NCBI GenBank assembly: GCA_028534125.1
Contig: CM052817.1
Coordinates: forward strand, 65,660,001 to 65,724,000
Direction of reading: 5' to 3'
Length of the DNA: 64,000 bases
From: Lama glama
Taxonomy: Eukaryota
Shown here: piece by piece, positions 52,170 to 64,000 of the stretch
Layout: the number at the start of each line of letters is the position of its first letter
Numbering within the stretch: position 1 is the stretch's first letter
Translations under genes and position numbers: made by a program
Notes under the pieces: generated by a model
Seen by the model: only the letters and a program-made list of their open reading frames with translations
What the model was told of the DNA's origin: nothing
Database searches by the model: none

Positions 52170-53603
52170 CTCTAATACAATGTTAATAGTACTGTAATAT
52201 TAGTTACAGTAATTAGTATAGCTAGTATCACTGTGTTTTTCCTAACTTTGTCAGGAATTCCTCCATTAACTATGATACTGGCTTTGGAGCTAATTATACA
52301 TTGGCATACATGAAATTGTTAAGTATCCTTCAGTTTCTATTTAGTAAGTGATAGTTCTTTCAATTCAAAAATGTATTAAATGTTGGCAAACGTCATTGCA
52401 CCACCTACAAAGATGATCATAGAAATACACTAATATATTTCATTGATGGATTTATTAATATTGAGACATTCTTGTTTCTCTAGAATAAATTCCTCTTGTT
52501 CCAATTGTGTTACCCTTTGTGAACTCCTTAATTCTATTTTCTGGTATTTTATTTTGAATTGTTTTTACTGATATGTGTGAGAAAGATTTGTCTACAGTTT
52601 TTATAATGTTTTCCCAGTTTTATTGTCAATATTACATCCTTGTCATAAAAAAGTATTAGGAAGTTTTCTACATTTTTCTATGCCCTGGAAAGAATTAAAT
52701 ATAATTAGAATTAACTATTTCAATATTATTTAATTCCAAAAGTATTAGAATTAAATTGCTAGAATTCCACAGTGAAACTGTCTGGATGTGATGCTTCTGG
52801 AAGTTTACCTCTTTGACAATTGTATTTATTTGTGGAAACATGTGCTTATTGTTTCTTCCTCTTCTGAATCAGTTTATAAATTATGTTTTCTTGAAAAATT
52901 ATCCCTTTTACCTAAGGTCACATGTTATTTGTATAGTGTTTTTAAACTCATAATTTTTATTTCTTTATGTGGTTGTTACTACTTTTTATTTCTCATTCTA
53001 TATACTTGTGTGTTGTTGTTTTGTGATTAGACTAGTTTATTTACTTACTATTTAAATTTTTAATGAATTAGTTTTTTATGTATTCTTTTATTTTCTAACT
53101 TATTAAATTTTGTTTTTATATTTAATTCCTTTTTTGTTTCCATTCTTCCACTTTTATTTTCTAAATTTTGAAATCAAATGCTTAGTTTTTATTCCCAAAT
53201 TTTTGTTTTTACTGATAAAAATTTTCAGCTGTAAGCTTCACTTTGATTAGGGCTTTCACTGTATCCTATAGTTTCTGTTTTAACCTTGTATTTCTCTTTG
53301 GACCAAGAGTTGTTAAAATAGGCATTTTACATTTCTAGGAGGAGGAGACTATTTTTTCTGATTTTGTAAATGGTTTCTTATTTTATTCAATGATGCTCAA
53401 AGAATTTTGTCTGTAATAATTCTATCTTTTGGAATTTTTTGATGTTTTATTTTTGAAGCCCCAAATACTTGTAATTTTTGTGAATGTACTGTAGACAAAA
53501 AAGACAAACGTTCTCTGTTATTAGGGGATTGAGTCTGATATATATTCATCCACTTTACCTTCTTATTCATGTCATTTAGGCTTTCTGAATCTTTCCTTTT
53601 TAA

Positions 53604-54717
53604 GAGGTACTTGCTTTGTCCAGTAGTGTAGATTTGTAAAAATGACCATACAAACTGAAATCAGGGAAAGGCTTTTTAATAATCAATTGGAAAAATCTGG
53701 TCTATGGTTTCAGAAAATTTCTGTCAAAGTATTTAATATTCTCTTTCTATTAGATATAAATTTATAGAGAAATAAAAAATTATAAAATAATTTGTATTTA
53801 ATACTTAAAACATTAGAAACATTAAAATTCAAGTATTCTACTGCTTTGCAAAAAACTCACCAAGAGTAGTTCGATATTCTCATCATATAACTTACTTTAC
53901 GGAGCAAGCATTTTTGTCCATGCTTTGGCATAATGCCGTACTTCTTTCTAAGTTTGGATCAACTTCCAATATTTAGTCCTTTATATATTTTGAATGTTAT
54001 AAAACATCTCTGAGAATTCCTGCAATGTGAAGTTTTTTTGCTGATATCATTTCCTCCATGACATTTTTATTCTTTCCACCACAACCATTTCCCTCATTTA
54101 TGTTGATGTTTGTCTGAGAATTCCTGTAATGTGAAGTTTTTTGGTTGATATCACTTCCTCCAGGACATTTTCATTCTTTCCACCACAACCATTTTCCTCA
54201 TTTATGTTGATGTTTGGCTTCACTGAGTTCCTCTGGCTGCCATCTAGAATCTTTCAAGCAGCAATAGTGTCAACATTCCCATGGTCAGCTATTTCGTCTA
54301 TGACTTCATTTACATCAATTCAAATTTCACTGGAAGCATTATCACTTTTCACTTCTTTGCTACACTTTCATGTTTTTTGGCCAATTCTCTTTTTAAATTG
54401 TCTATTTTTATAAAACATCATGTAGGGTTATCACTGAAAGACAAGGAGGGAACACAACTACACACTTTACTGCCTGTTAGTGATCTGAGTAAGAGATGAT
54501 CTGTGACCAATCACCAACAAACTTTGAAAGAAGTGACATTGTCACTGATCAGGATGTGCATCTGTTATTTACATAGCAATTTATGGAATAAAAGGCTGAC
54601 AGCAAAGTCTGTATCACAGTTAATATAGCATGGTAGCAGAAATTTGAAGTATGTTGTTGTTGAACCACAATAACTGAAATGTGTGCATATTACAGCCATG
54701 CACAGAAATGATACCTG
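53604..54717 (-). mobile_element. Tigger13a-like TcMar-Tigger DNA transposon
   Basis: TTTCTAAGTTTGGATCAACTTCCAA, GTGTCAACATTCCCATGGTCAGCTATTTC and TTCACTGAGTTCCTCTGGCTGC resemble antisense Tigger13a as recalled; degenerate termini GAGGTACTTGCTTTG and GATACCTG. Confidence 0.85.
54009..54216. repeat. Tandem duplication, 2 x 104 bp
   Basis: Copies at 54009-54112 and 54113-54216; 7 substitutions by manual alignment. Confidence 0.95.
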
Positions 54718-55094
54718 AATTTTATCTATTTGATATATTTTGGACTCAGAGAAGTAAAGTCTCATATCAATTTTGTGTTTTTTATTTTTCTATTATCTCA
54801 TGAAATTTCTGCTTTATGAAAGATTTTACTATGTCATCAGCTGATAAATATTCTAAAACCATTAACTTTTATTTAAAATTGTACTTTAGATATTCTTGTT
54901 TCAGTTAGTGCTTTTTGACCTGAATTCTACCTTGTTTGATGTTAAGATTATGATCTCAGCTCTCTTTTTGTTTGCATTTAGCAGATAAACTTTTGTTTAT
55001 TATTTTATTTTAACCTTTATGAATTTTTTGTTCTAGGTGGCATTCTTATATACAGCACAGAATTCAATTTTGTTTTGCAGTAAACTGAAAATAA

Positions 55095-56297
55095 ATTTTT
55101 TTGGTTTTATTGAAACACAATTGATGTATAACACTGTGTAAGTTTAAAGTGCATAACATAATGATTTGATATATGTATATATTGTGAAATAATTACCACA
55201 ATAAATTTGGTTAACATCTATCATCTCATATAGTTACAATTTTTTGTCCTTTTGGTGAGAACTCATAAAATTTATTTTCTTAGCAACTTTTATAAACATG
55301 ATACAATATTATTAACTATAAACATCATGCTGTACATTACATCCCTCAAAGTTATTTATCTTGTAACTGGAAGTTTGTACTTTTGACCACCTTCACCCAA
55401 TTCCCCTATCCCAATGCCTGCCTTTGGCAACCACCAATGCATTCTTTGTTTCAATGAGTTTGTGCTTTTTGGATACTGTACTTGTCTTTCTCTATTTGAA
55501 TTATTTCTTTGAGCATAATGCCCTCAGTGCCCTCAAGGACCATCTGTGTTATCACAAATGGCAGGATTTCCTTCTCTCTCATGGCTGAAGTGTATTCAAT
55601 TGTGTACATATATAGCACCTTTCTTTATTGATTCATCTGTCAATGGACATTTAGGTTGTTATGCTGCAATAAACACGGGGGTGCAGATATCTCTTTGGGA
55701 TAGTGATTTCATTTCCTTCAAATGTATATTCAGAAGTAGAACTGCTGGATCATATGGGTAGTCCTAATTTTTTGTTGTTGTTACATTCCACGAATAGTGT
55801 ACAAAGGTTTCCTTTTCTCCACATCCTCACCAATAGTTGTTATCTCTTGTCTCTTTGATGGCAGCCATTCTGACAGGTGTGAAATAATATCTAATTGTGG
55901 TTTTCATTTGCATTTCCATAATGATTAGTGATATTGAACACGTTTTCATGTACCTGGTGACCATTTGAAAATCTTCTTTGGAAAATGTCTATTCAGGTGT
56001 TTTGCCCATTTTTAATTGGAGTAATGTTTTTTGCTATTGAGCTGTCTGAGTTCCTCATATATTTCAGATTAATTTCTTATCAGATGTGTGATTTACAAAT
56101 ATTTTCTCCCATTTTTTAGGTTGCCTTTTCATTTTGTTGGTCATTTCTTTTGCTGTTCAGAAGCTTTTTAGTTTGATACAGTTTCATGTGTTTATTTTTG
56201 CTTTTATTGCTTTTGCTTTTGGTGTCAAATCCAAAAAACTCCTTGCCAAGGCCCATGTCAAGGACATTTTTTCCTGTGTTTTCTTCTAGGAGTTCTA
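55095..56297 (-). mobile_element. L1MA9-like L1 3' portion
   Basis: TTTTATTGAAACACAATTGA...ATGCTGTACATTACATCC...CTTGTAACTGGAAGTTTGTACTTTTGACCACCTTCACCCAATT...GCAGCCATTCTGACAGGTGTGA...GAAGCTTTTTAGTTTGAT. Confidence 0.9.
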
Positions 56298-57352
56298 AAA
56301 ATATTTTTATAGATAGACTAGATATGTATGTATTTTGTTAACTACCAAGAGTGATTTTTTTTCAGTTGTATCAATTATTGTAATTTCTTTAATGCGCCTC
56401 ATCTGGTTAGTGTTTAAATTTTATTACTGTGATAGCTTCTAAGATCAACTATGATAATACTTTTTATCAAAGTCAAATATTTTAATGTCAGGATTGCATC
56501 TGTGATTTTGATTAATGTTGAAATTAAAATCTGTGATTCAAGTCATCATTCCAGTTATAGATCTTAAAGGGATGTATTTCAAAATTGTCTTTAATTTATA
56601 ATTAATTCTTCTCTTTGGTTCTCTCAGCATTAAATGGTTGTGATATCTGTTTCATCTTTTAAGGAAAGTCAGCTAATAAAAGCCTCATTTTTTGTGATAT
56701 ATAGATTTCAAACTATAAACTTGGACATGGGGTATTCCTTCTCAAAATATGTACCATCCACTCTAAGAGAAATGTTATATAAACAGGAAGACTACACTAC
56801 AAATTTTATGTTGAAATTTGAATTCAGCATCATCTAATATCATTTTTCTTTGCTCTTGTCTCTACTTCCAAAAACACCAGTCTCCTCTTCTGACCTCATT
56901 CTTCCCAGTCATTATGCTCATCCTAAGCTGCCCACAATATCCCACCATCATGATCTATTTGACTTTTTATTAAAATGTACCACTCCATTATTCCAGTGCT
57001 GGCTCTCCTGTTGAGGTAAAACCGGGTATTTGGATATCAACACGTTACTTCTAGCAAATAATTCACTTGCTTTTATAAACAGGATTTGTATCATTGAATT
57101 AACCAAAAGAACTCAATTCCTTGGATTTTTTTTTTCTGGTGATGATTTGCTTTTTAATACAATGCATGCATCTGTAAAACCTTCAAAAAGTATTGAACAC
57201 TACAGAAGAAAAGCAAAAAAAAGATGACAGAAATTTCAGGCAGGCACATTGGGAGGGATGTAGAAATAAACAGGATTTCTGACATCCCTGAAGTCACATA
57301 TATTATTCCAGTCAAATGGATTCTAGATTAAATTGAAACTATCAATATATTG

Positions 57353-57785
57353 ATTCATTCATTCATCCAGAAATATTTACTGAAACCCCACTTAATATCA
57401 TACAATACATGACATCAAGTAGGGTGTAAATATAGACAATATAATGGTGTATGGCACAATTCCTGTCTAGCGCAGCATACAGCAGATGCTCATCACACAG
57501 GTTGGTAAGTTTTAAGAGGGAAAGGGGACAGAGCATTATTGTAAAGCTGCATGGTGGGGGCACTGCAGTCAGGAAACAGCAATTGCAAAGCTTCAGAAAT
57601 GCCGAAGTGTGTGCATAATGAACACATAGCCATAGTGTGGAATGGAAATGGAAATTTTAAGAGAGCTGAGGTTGGAAAAGTGAAAGAAGGTACAACTTGT
57701 ATGTCCTGCCAAGGAATTTGATTTGTATCCATAAGAAAATGAAGAGCTATTGATGGATTATAAGCAGGTCAGTGACATGCTTTCC
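57353..57785 (-). mobile_element. L2 fragments
   Basis: ATTCATTCATTCATCCAGAAATATTTACTGA; CCAAGGAATTTGATTTGTATCC...GAGCTATTGATGGATTATAAGCAGG...GTGACATG. Confidence 0.7.
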
Positions 57786-58309
57786 TACAAAGACAGCAAA
57801 GCAAGGAAAAAGAATTGAGGGCTGACATTTAACTACCTTATTCTACTTCAAGATTGTTATTACACAATCTTCAAGATCCATTTTTACTTAAAAATGGTTC
57901 TCTCTTAATGGTTAGTTCAAGAGGTAATAGCATTTTCAGAACATGAAATTTTCACAAGTGACCCTTTAACCTTGTCCTTAACAGAAGGTAACATCACTTC
58001 GGCCCAGAAACTTTCCTTATCAGACATCTTTTACTCTAACTCTGTTTTTCCCACCTCCTCTTATCCAAACCATTTTTATTATCTTAAGGTGTAGCTTCTT
58101 ACATAAGCATTTTTGTTACCTTCGCAATGATTATCTTTTATTTGCTATCTACTGGCACCTTGAGTATTTGTAGTTCATAAGAGTTGCTGGCAACTACCCA
58201 GTCCTTTATGTCAGGTTTACTTGTGATCCTCCAAGCTTGGTTCCCATGAATAGAAACAAAACAAAAACAAACAAAAATGAAAGTCAGTGGATCTAGCAAT
58301 ATTGTTCTC

Positions 58310-58350
58310 TTTCTAACACTTTTTAACACTTTCTAAGACTTTCTAACATT
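58310..58350. repeat. 10-bp tandem repeat (TTTCTAACAC) x4, imperfect
   Basis: TTCTAACACT TTTTAACACT TTCTAAGACT TTCTAACATT. Confidence 0.85.
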
Positions 58351-58789
58351 TATCAAGTCCCTCAGCCATTCTCCATCTTAGTTACCCCATATGCAAAGCA
58401 AGGGGGTTGGTCTAGGTCAGTTTCACCCTGTAGCTTGGAGCTGCAGACTCCCAGGGATGTCTCCAGGGTCTCCTAAAAAGATGGAACCAGGAAAGCAGAT
58501 TTCTCTTTTCACCTTTTACTTCAAACTGTGTACCTATTCTATTATCTGTCTTATTTATTAGGTTTTTGTACAGCACTGCTTTTGAAGAACAGGTCAATCA
58601 ACTAAAAATAATTTGAAAATGACTCATCTACATAACTCTTTAAGGTCCATTTCAGCTCTCACATTTTATCCTCTCCATTTCTTCTTGTTTTTTAATCTCT
58701 TTGACATACTTTACAGTTTCTATGTATTGGCAGTATGTATCAAAACATGTCAGAAATACAGCAAATGGTTCAGTAAGTACCTCTTAAGA

Positions 58790-59710
58790 AAAGAATGGAC
58801 AAATGCGTTAATTGGTTTGTTAACCTCATTACTAATATTTATAGATAACCATTAAGTACCAGCCTCTCTTCAAAACACTGGAGACAGAATGTTGGAAACT
58901 CAGACAAATATTTGCCTTCCTGGAATGATCAGTCAGCTGCATCAATGCATTAAGCAACAATTGTTGCACACCTAATATACTGCAGGTGTTTTGCTAAACC
59001 TAGTTATGTCAAGAACTATAGAATCTTATTTTTTTCCCGAAGATTTTAGTCTACTAAAAGAAAAACATGTCAACAGATCATTGCAGTAACAATTAGTAAG
59101 GAGTCTTACAGTTATGATGAAAGTGCTATGGGCATTCAGAAAAAAGAGTTTCTGACTCTGGCTTAAGTAGTGAAAAAGATCTCATAGGGAAACCTATAAA
59201 CTGAGTTCTGAAGAATGAAAGAGACTGTGCCACATGGAGCAAGTCTCTAAACATGACCGCCGTAGGAAAAGCACGTACGCAGAAGGCAGAGAGAAGAAAC
59301 ACTGAGGAGTGTAAGGTAACAGTGAGGTGCGTCGTGTGGCTGTATCGCTCAGTACACTGGTGACTGGACATCAAGAGAAAGGCTGCAGAGTCATTTTTCT
59401 TCAGATTAAAAATGTTCTTTTATGCTACTGTAAAGCTTTACAGCTTCATAACTTAGGGAATGGAGACTCCACAGAGATTTTTAAGGGTCAATTTGGCAGG
59501 AAAGATTTGTCTCCTAAAATAAAGAAGATAATGTGGGTGTGGAATATGAAAGATGGGCTAGAGGAAGGAGAATGCAATGAAGAGAAAAGCAAGAAAGAGG
59601 CTGCTCTAATGGGGCCAAAGGAAGGGGAAGAGGGCCTGAGGGATGAGGGAATGACCAGACTGGAGAGAATACCTCAGACTGAGTTAAAAAGGATCTGGTG
59701 ACTAGAAATA
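58790..59710 (-). mobile_element. L2 fragments
   Basis: AAGCAACAATTGTTGCACACCTAATATACTGCAGG...AAGTGCTATGGG...CTGAGTTCTGAAGAATGAA...GGGAATGGAGACTCCACAGAGATTTTTAAG. Confidence 0.7.
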
Positions 59711-61239
59711 ATGTAGTACTCTAGCACATGAGAACATGAGAGATTATCCTCTGTTCTATGCCTTTAAAGATGGAGAAGCATTCTTTAAAAACTCTATTTC
59801 TCACAAAACACAACCAGTAACTATTATCTCTCTCAGGTAAATACATAGCCAGTCCATATGTGGAGGCTAATGGATGACTTAATTAACGCCTGACAAGATT
59901 CTGTAGAATAAGAGATAAAGGGCAATTCTCATTCAACAGCCCCCCTTAGATGGGATGACACAGGCATTATTAATAATTTCTCCAGGCACTTCTCATACTA
60001 ATGAAGAATTAACACAGGAGTTCACCTTATCACTTGGAACATCTTGCCAGATAGTACAACCTGGAGTCTCTATTTTTGCTTAGTCAAAAAGCCTGACAGT
60101 TAGCCATGGCAGGTTATTAATCTTAGTGTTGATTTCAAGTACAATATCAGAGTTGTAACTTTGCTAGGGGGTTGTCAGGATGGACTGTTTTCTGAGATAG
60201 CAGATGGTTTGGAAATCATCTGCCATGACAGACTAAACTGACTAGAATTTCAATTGTCTGTTCCTGGAGTGATGATGAGAAAGGCACATGCGGGAAATTA
60301 ACTTTCCTGGTTTAACTGAAAACGACGACACATTGTATGGTCAGAGCACAGACTGGTGACAAGAAGGAAGGATAAATGAGAGGCAAGTGGGAAGTTCCTC
60401 ATTAACTCCAATCTCCTTCAAGTAAATTTCCTTAACTCAATGTTATTGCACAGATGAGGAAAGTCGATTTATGCATTTCAAGGCTTGATTTTATAATTTT
60501 GCTCTTGAAGAATGAGATAATCAAACAACAGAAGGAGTATATTAACTAGGGACCTGGATTACAGTGATTCAGAGTGAGGTATCAGGTAATTGAATCTAGT
60601 CAGTTCATTCAGAGCAGGATGCAAATAAGTAATTTGGATATCTTAAATGGGCTCTGCCAAGTTAAAAGCCTCATGAAAATTTTGTAAATACGCCATGCAC
60701 TTTAATGCAATCTGAGAGAAGGTAGTTTACAATGATTTCAAATTTCTATTTGGCCATTATTATTATTATAGTTTTTTAAATGTTTCCCTGACATCCTTCC
60801 TGTGTAAATGAGTATGTCCCAGGGATACTCCAGTAAATGAGATGAACTAATGTAGAATACTAAATAATTCATGTCCTTGGAAGCCACTGAGACTTTGCTC
60901 ATGTTTTTATAGAAACCAAACCACATCGTGATGCAGATAAAAAAGCATCTGCATATGAAAATATCTCAAGTATTATTTTTTAAGTCCAAATGTGTGCTCA
61001 ATCAAAAAAAAAGAAGAAAAGAAGAAAAGGGAACATATTAAAAGAATACAGCAAGAACCACTTTATAATAGTGAAGATAACTAATAAGATTTTGGTTTAT
61101 TATTGTTTATTCTTATTTCTTTTGGAGCTCATTTCACGCCTTTGCCATCATCTTTATGGTTCTGAATTAGACTGGAGTGAGAATAACAGATGAGGAAGTC
61201 AAATGAGATGTGGAGGGGAGACTGGAACAGAAGAGGCAG

Positions 61240-61455
61240 CACCACAGAGTAGAAGGCAGTATAAAATGACAAGGACCTGGGATATTTCTGTTCTAGGTCC
61301 TGCCTTGTCAAAGTCTGACTTAGGCTTGTTATATAAAACTCTCAAGGTCACTGTTTTTTTATCTGTAAAATGTAAGTAATAAGGCTACTATAAAAAGTAA
61401 ATAAGATAATATTTATAAACAGACTGAAGTGCCTGGTACAGAGAAGGCACACAAA
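61240..61455 (+). mobile_element. MIR SINE
   Basis: GACCTGGG...TTCTAGGTCCTGCC...TGACTTAGGC...ATCTGTAAAATG...GTGCCTGGTACAGAG. Confidence 0.65.
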
Positions 61456-61574
61456 ATTTAGAACCTACCTGACTATTCAGTTCCAAGAAAGGACCTCATA
61501 CTGCTAGATTTCCCTAAAAGGGATTTCTAAATGTCCTCTCAATATGATAGACAGGAAACCAATGGGGTTGTGAG

Positions 61575-61790
61575 CTAATTTGGAAGACAAAGTTCTTGGT
61601 CTTAAATTCCAACTTTATCACTCACCAGTAGCGAGTTAACTAGTTATTTAAACTCAGTTTCCTCATGTATATTATGATAATGTTAGTATTTACCTTACTG
61701 GAGGTTTGCAAGGATTAAATAAAATAATCTGCATTAGGTACCCAGTACAGGTTAAGCACATGGCTAAGACTCTTAAAATGTTACTTCTGA
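61575..61790 (+). mobile_element. MIR SINE
   Basis: AGTTATTTAAACTCAGTTTCCTCAT...GATAATGTTAGTATTTACCTTA...GCAAGGATTAAATAAAATAAT. Confidence 0.7.
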
Positions 61791-62249
61791 GTATCCGTTG
61801 ATTAGCTCCACATAACTATAGCCATGAAGATTTTATCCGTGATAAGAGACAAACACAGAGAATGATTTTCCTCTCTGGCATAGCACCATGCTATGAAAAT
61901 GTAATAAAACTAGAATTTTCAACATAAATGTTGCTTACACATGGTTTGTTCCAAGGAACTCTTTCCTTTTAAGCAAATAATTCTGAGTCATTTCAATCAC
62001 TATTTCAGAGAAAAGACTGACAGATATTAGCAGTTCCACTTCCAATATTTAAAAGCGCTGGAGATTAAAAGTAATCAAGAATTCAAGGGTAATCAACTCT
62101 GGAGATAAGAAAACTGTACTAAGTGAATCTGTATTTGTGCAGCTTTTCTCCTGTAGATACAACCCTGGTCCACACTCTGTGGGATGGCTGGAACTCAAAA
62201 AGAGAGCATAGTCTTAGTGACTTGATGAGTCAGAGGATAGAATCTGGGA

Positions 62250-64000
62250 CTTCCAGAGTGGCTAGAAAGTAAGAGCAGAAATGAAGAAGGGCTCACAATG
62301 CTGTATAAATTCTGCCCTACGTCTGGGCTGAAACTGGAACTATAAATATACAAGGGAGACATTAAGGAGCCTGGCTGAAGGCTGAGAGAAATGAACAAAG
62401 GTCTTACTCACTATATTACAGGAGGGGTTAAAAAATTTAGAGTTTGGTTGCTACCAAAGTTAAACGCTTGCTAAAATAAAAATCACCATTCTTCAGAGGA
62501 ATAGATCAGAATAAAAAGTATCCATAATGCATTATATACAATATTCATCATATAATTAAAAATCATTAGTTATCATAAAAAAATGTGGCTCATAGTCATG
62601 AAAAAAAGTAGTCAGTGAAAACTGACCCTGATATGTTAGAATAAATGGATGAGGAGTTTTAAGTAGTTAATATAGATTTGTTAGAAGACTGACTTAAAGG
62701 AAAAAATGGTCAAAATGAATGAACAAGTGGGAAATCACAGCAGATAAATAAAAACAATTTAAAATGAATAAATGGAAATTCTAGAACTGGAAAGTACAAT
62801 ATCTAAAATGGAAATGTCAGTGAACTTGAAGACAAATCAAAAGAATTAGCCAAACTGAACAACAAAGATAAGAAATTAAGGAAAAAACCTCACTGACTGT
62901 GAGACAAAACAAGCTGATAAAAATCTGTAATTGAAGTTGTACAAGGAAGAGAATTAAAAGGGCAGAAAAATACTTTAAAAAAAAGATCAAAATTGCTCCT
63001 AATCTGAGGATAATAAAAACTTACAGATCCAAAAATTTTAGTCAACCTCAAACAAGTTAAAAATGAAATAGCAATTATCCATGTGATAATCAATTTTGTG
63101 TTAACTTGACTGCATCATAGGGTACCCAGATTAAACACCACTAGGTTTGTCTGTGAGAGTGTTTCTAAATAAGATTAGCATTTGAACTGGTGGACTGAAA
63201 AAGTGGATTGTCCTCCCAAAAATGACTTGGCATCATCTAATCTGCAGAGGGCCTGAATAGAAGAAAAAGCAGAGGAAAGAGGAATTTACTTCTTTTTTTC
63301 GTGACTGCCTGCTTGATCTGCTTGAGCTAAGACATCAGTTTTCTCCTAGTCCTCCTGGTCCAAGGACTAAGACTTACACCATCTACTCCCCTGATTCTCA
63401 GGCCTTCAGACTCAGACTAGAATTACATCACTGGCTTTCCTGGGTCTTCAACTTGTACACAGCAGATCATGGGCCTTCTCAGCCTCCATAATCACATGAA
63501 CCAATTTGTTATAATCTCTCTCTCTTTCTCCCTCTCTCACTTTCTCTCTGTATACATGTAATATACTTAAATACATAGATTACATTGTATCTCCTATTGG
63601 TTCTGTTTCTCTGAAGAACCCTGACTAATATAAGCCACATCACAAACTGCTAAAAAACCAATACAAAAAAATATTGAAAGCAGCTAGAAAAATGACTCAT
63701 TGTATACAGAGTAAAAATGACAAAAAAATAATGTTTGCATTATCAGAGAGAATTACAGCCACAACACACTGCAAGAACATCTTTAAAGTACTGAAAGAGA
63801 AGGAAAAATAACTGCCAATCCAGAATTCTACATTCAGCAAAATTATGTGTTGGAAATGATGCCAAAATTAAGATTTTCCAGATAGACAAATCCGAGAGAA
63901 TTTATTGCTAGTAAATTACTTGAGGACAAAGAGAAATGACACCGGATGGGAAGACGGATGTATAGGAGGTTAAGAAAAACAGATACAGTGGGATGTTTCA
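62250..64000 (+). mobile_element. Old L1 5'/ORF1 region, split by an MLT2 LTR
   Basis: AAATGGAAATTCTAGAACTGGAAAGTACAATA...AGTGAACTTGAAGACAAATCAA before the LTR; TTGAAAGCAGCTAGA...TTTAAAGTACTGAAAG...CCAGAATTCTACATTCAGCAAAATTA after it. Confidence 0.8.
63082..63632 (+). mobile_element. MLT2-family (ERVL) solo LTR
   Basis: TGTGATAATCAATTTTGTGTTAACTTGACTG...GAGGGCCTGAATAGAAGAAAAAG...TTCTCAGCCTCCATAATCACATGA...TCCTATTGGTTCTGTTTCTCTGAAGAACCCTGACTAATATA; flanks ATCCA/AGCCA look like a 5-bp TSD with one mismatch. Confidence 0.92.

Larger units (their letters stand above)
51460..55090 (-). mobile_element. Old L1 ORF2 region (L1MC/ME-like) carrying nested insertions
   Basis: T-rich antisense ORF2-like sequence (TAATTGCATTGACTTATAACTCTAGTACAATG; TAGAATTCCACAGTGAAACTGTCTGG) resuming after the Tigger (CTGAATTCTACCTTGTTTGATGTTAAGAT). 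Confidence 0.75.

Noticed and set aside
59327..59701. 124-aa ORF
   Set aside because: Within antisense L2 fragments.
60280..60630. kB-like GGGAAGTTCC and octamer ATGCAAAT
   Set aside because: The kB site departs from consensus and octamers recur several times across this AT-rich window.
239..63632. The two MLT2 LTRs as the ends of one giant element
   Set aside because: Opposite orientation, different internal sequence, and each has its own TSD-like flanks; independent solo LTRs.

Overview
AT-rich, CpG-poor mammalian non-coding DNA (intergenic or deep intronic). A tRNA-Ala-derived Vic-1-type SINE at 52022-52169 points to a camelid genome. I recognise no protein-coding gene, RNA gene, CpG island or CRISPR array; the listed short ORFs are chance ORFs or read through decayed repeats. 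Much of the window is transposon debris: L1, L2, CR1/L3, MIR, MLT2/MLT1/LTR16 LTRs, and Tigger and hAT DNA elements. Family names come from my recall of consensus sequences, not a database search, so subfamilies and most boundaries are approximate. The best-supported points of interest are: a gammaretrovirus-type env remnant (immunosuppressive domain plus CX6CC) followed by a putative PPT and 3' LTR; a 104-bp tandem duplication inside a Tigger13-like element; a CR1 reverse-transcriptase fossil split by an L1; and several nested insertions. Exon-like segments and enhancer-like motif clusters are weaker candidates. I found no supportable evidence of a previously undescribed biological system.
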